Below, piece by piece: positions 60,701 to 64,000 of a stretch of DNA of 64,000 nt. The stretch lies in the NCBI RefSeq assembly GCF_000143415.4, contig NW_003314281.1:2132493-2196492 (forward strand), in the 5' to 3' direction. The translations under genes were made by a program, and so were the position numbers. Positions within the stretch are counted from its first letter, which is position 1, and every line of letters begins with the position of its first letter. The notes under the pieces were generated by a model that was not told the DNA's origin, made no database searches, and was given only the letters and a program-made list of their open reading frames with translations. This stretch comes from Selaginella moellendorffii (Eukaryota > Plantae > Lycopodiophyta).

Positions 60701-63700
60701 AATATCAATCACTAATTCTTCTGCTTGTAGAGTTAGCATAGTCCACGACTGAATCACTTTTCAAGGAAAAGCCAAAGCTCAACCTTTACTAAATAATCTC
60801 GTCTAGAACACAACTAACTCAAACTTGTCACTCAGTTCATTTGAACGTCAACACAGTTGCTAACTAGCAAATGCACGAATGCTAATAACACAAAGTTATA
60901 GCCAAATCATCGACACTATCTTCATCAAAACTAATGAAACTCGACATCAATCTTGCGGAGAGACATCTCATTTCACTGAAATCTCAACATCAACAATGTC
61001 AACGACAAGGCATCACCTTAGTGCCACCAACACTAGAACAAAGCTAGAAGAAAGCACGAGTGTATCACCACTCAAAGCTCTCTAGCAACCAAGCTAACCA
61101 AAGTCGGAGATACTTTACTCAGTATCCGAGACCAATCTCTCAACAATACTCAGTCACAGATAACACTTCCTCAAGGAGTGAATCACCACATCCAAGACTC
61201 CATGAAATCCAACACTATAAACTAAATGCAACCAAATGATATAAACAGAGGTAGAGTCAACATACCAACATGGAAAACCATATAAGTCTAATGACACGAT
61301 CCTCCGCAACACCATCCGATAAAGCAAGCCCATCACTGCTGAATCATTATCAAGTGAAGCAAGTGTAACAGTCTTTGACAAAATCTACAAGCAATCACTA
61401 GTCGCAAAGCAACTAACAATCACTCTTTCAACTTGCCTTCACAAGACCCAAACACTAAACTCATGCCATCGAGTCATATACTTGTCCAACATGAACGTAA
61501 TACCTCATGGACGAGATAAAGGTTCATAGACAAGCACAAACTAAATGACCACTCGAATCCAACTCAACCGCGATAAACTCACCAATGCATTTAACCACTA
61601 GCTCTGAGCATGCCTTGAAGAGGCTAGCTATACATGATCAACACTAAGTCGAAACTCAAGTGAAGACCATGAGATGGACTCATGTCGGTACACAACCTCC
61701 TCATAGACCAAGCTATAGTACGGGTACCAACATCTCAACTGCAAACAACTAAGTTGGACATCACTATCCTAAGCCAAGGCGCAAAGCCACCAAGACCAAA
61801 TCAAGATCAGTGAGAGCTCACTACCCTCATAGAGTCTTACGAAATGCAAGGTGCAACCTGCCACCAAGCATAATGCTACAAAAGAAAGGCACAAGGGTCA
61901 ACTTTCTAGAAAAGTGCAATGGCCACTTTTCTACATTAACTCCAGACTCTATCCAACTCAATTGCTTTAGCCCCAAAAGTTAGCATCCCTTTTGGGCCGC
62001 ATCATACAAACTATCTACTAATGTCTAAGCTAACCGAAGTCAACTCCAACCCCTTCACTAGTTTGTATTGGCTTATGAAAACGGAATGGTTTTCGAACAA
62101 AGTGATAACAGATCAGCCATTGAAAAAGTCTAAGAAAATTTGTGGAAAATTTCCATCCTAGAGAAAGAATGACTCTCAGTCTAGGAATATAAACTTTCAA
62201 GACTCAACCAACTTCCTCCTACTAACAACTTCACATAGGTTCACCTCAACACAAATTCTCATGACCCATAGTATGCTTAAGCCTTGAACATTTTTTTTTT
62301 TTTTACCCATACTTCCGACATCCAACTCTGACATCCATAAAATGCAAATGGGACATCCAAGGTTTGATCACGAAGACCACATCTTCGGATATCCATATTG
62401 CACTAACACTCTTCTTCAACCACTTTCAAGATCCAATGTGAAGCTAAAACACTAACAAGAAAAATGACATGGAAAATCAAGCTCTAAGGAAAATTCCTCA
62501 TCACTCGAATCAACAATGCCACTTCCACTAACACAAGTGCTAGTAATGTCAATGCCTCAACCTCACATCTTCTCTATTCAACAATCAACTCCAAGTGCTA
62601 ACAGATCAACCGATGAGCTATAGCAAATGAATGCTACAACCTTTTTCCAACACCTTAGTGGGCAAACTCAAGGAAACAAGGAACCAACTTAAGCTTAGCA
62701 TAATGGACCACCATCGAGAATCCAGTCAAAGCTACTACAATGCTACTTCGTGCAAGTAGACTAGCTTCACCATCAACCACTTTGGGGTTGATCATCGTTT
62801 AACCAAGCAACTTGGTAAACACATTGCTCATTATCACATGGATATGATATGGAAATCACAATGATTTGATCATCAATTGAGGAACACCACGAGCAATGCC
62901 AATGTCATTACTTCAAAGGTTTATGTGATTATCAAGTGCCAACTTGATTCGACAAAATGCAACATAAATGCCACACTCCACCGATAGAGATTTACAACAC
63001 TGAACACCACCAACTTTTGTTCACAACACGAACAAGCTCATGCCACTCACTTTTCGACCAAACTCAAAACTTAACCCAACACCAAGCTACTCAAGGAGCA
63101 ATAGCAAGGTTCCCCGGAAAAGAATTGAGCATTGCAACCCAAGTCTTCCAATAGCAAGCCTAGACAAAATGGTATAGCGCTTCACTGCTATCCATCCCAT
63201 AACTCACCATTTGTAAGACCATCATCTCCAACATGTATCAAGATAGGGACTCTTGATTGCATGATGTGAACACGAGCAATGAGTCACCCCTCGTTGCAAA
63301 TCATCTTTCCAAGAAGAGAAGATGATTTACGTGTTTGATCCTTCGTCCCTGATGACTCTCTTTTCGGTCTCATCCTTTTGACCAAACCTCAAGCTTGCGT
63401 TCACACTGCCTTCAGTTCAATCGAAGAAAAGTTTATGAGAGAGCACGGCAACAATTACTTGAATCAATTGACTCATCTCTATAGTCTTGATTGATCCACT
63501 TGTAACCATGCCTAGGAAGGATCCACTAGCGCCGTGCTAAACAGCTACGGACCAGCCTATTTGCCACTCATAGCAAACTCAAGGAGGTTTGCTTTCACCC
63601 ATGGTACATGGAACAACTCATAGAACCACCGATAGGCTAACATTAATCCCGCCAACTCAAAGTGTAACCTCAAGTTGCTAATGCGCCTCACTCACGAGCC

Positions 63701-64000
63701 CAAGCTCAAACTCGTGCTAACGGAGCATCTCAAATCCATCCTATGAGCCCAAGAGCAAGCTCACATTGTTAGGTACAAAAGGTAACCAAAACCATACCCA
63801 AGGAACGAATGCGAACCCTTTGCACCAAACGTGTACCCACTCGGATCATCATTTTCATCTCTGCGTATGCAACGAGACTAGTTGCCCAATCTCATTGAAT
63901 AGTACTCGCTGAGACTCATGCTCCGATACCAACTATAGCGCACCTTATCTCTCTCCCCTTAATCCTATGGTGATTTACCATAGGATAACACCACGAAGCG
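57798..64000 (-). mobile_element. Non-autonomous (LARD-like) LTR retroelement copy B: 3' LTR 57798-59336, ~4.6 kb ORF-less interior, PBS 63921-63931, 5' LTR from 63934
   Basis: LTR tgtagcgcac...gtttaca; ctccgatacca is the reverse complement of tRNA-iMet PBS TGGTATCGGAG; no ORF over ~75 aa and no gag/pol motif seen inside. Confidence 0.8.
57881..57930. promoter_or_regulatory. Tandem G-box/ABRE-like cluster (TGCCACGTG x3) in the LTR
   Basis: tgccacgtgacaaatgccacgtgtcacatgccacgtgtcc; inverted copy at ~53770-53810. Confidence 0.5.

Overview
Eukaryotic, repeat-only land-plant DNA (TTTAGGG arrays, tRNA-iMet primer-binding sites, 47-57 nt GT-AG introns and a Tat-type gypsy suggest a lycophyte such as Selaginella; this is inference). 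I recognise no host gene. The background is nested, mostly decayed LTR retrotransposons plus a 100-N gap. The main discovery is two near-identical copies (4486-20365 and 29800-43330) of a ~13.5-14 kb DNA transposon with 24-bp TIRs (AAGCTCTATTTCGTTAAAGTGGGA) and 4-bp RTAG target duplications. Each copy carries two divergent genes. The first is a ~1020-codon Sola-like DDD transposase with two N-terminal En/Spm-Tnp1-like repeats. The second is a ~1630-1650 aa spliced cargo gene, fragmented in the ORF track, that joins a ParB/Srx-like domain, a degenerate amino-methyltransferase-like fold, an acidic tract and an FCP1/NIF HAD-phosphatase domain. About 25-30 copies of a 22-bp palindrome (ATGGCATGAGGCCTCATGCCAT) are spread across each element, mostly in non-coding DNA including small introns, and I saw none outside. 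I hypothesise a ParB/parS-like self-recognition (possibly anti-silencing) system on a plant transposon. All domain calls are motif recognition by eye and need HMM or structure confirmation.
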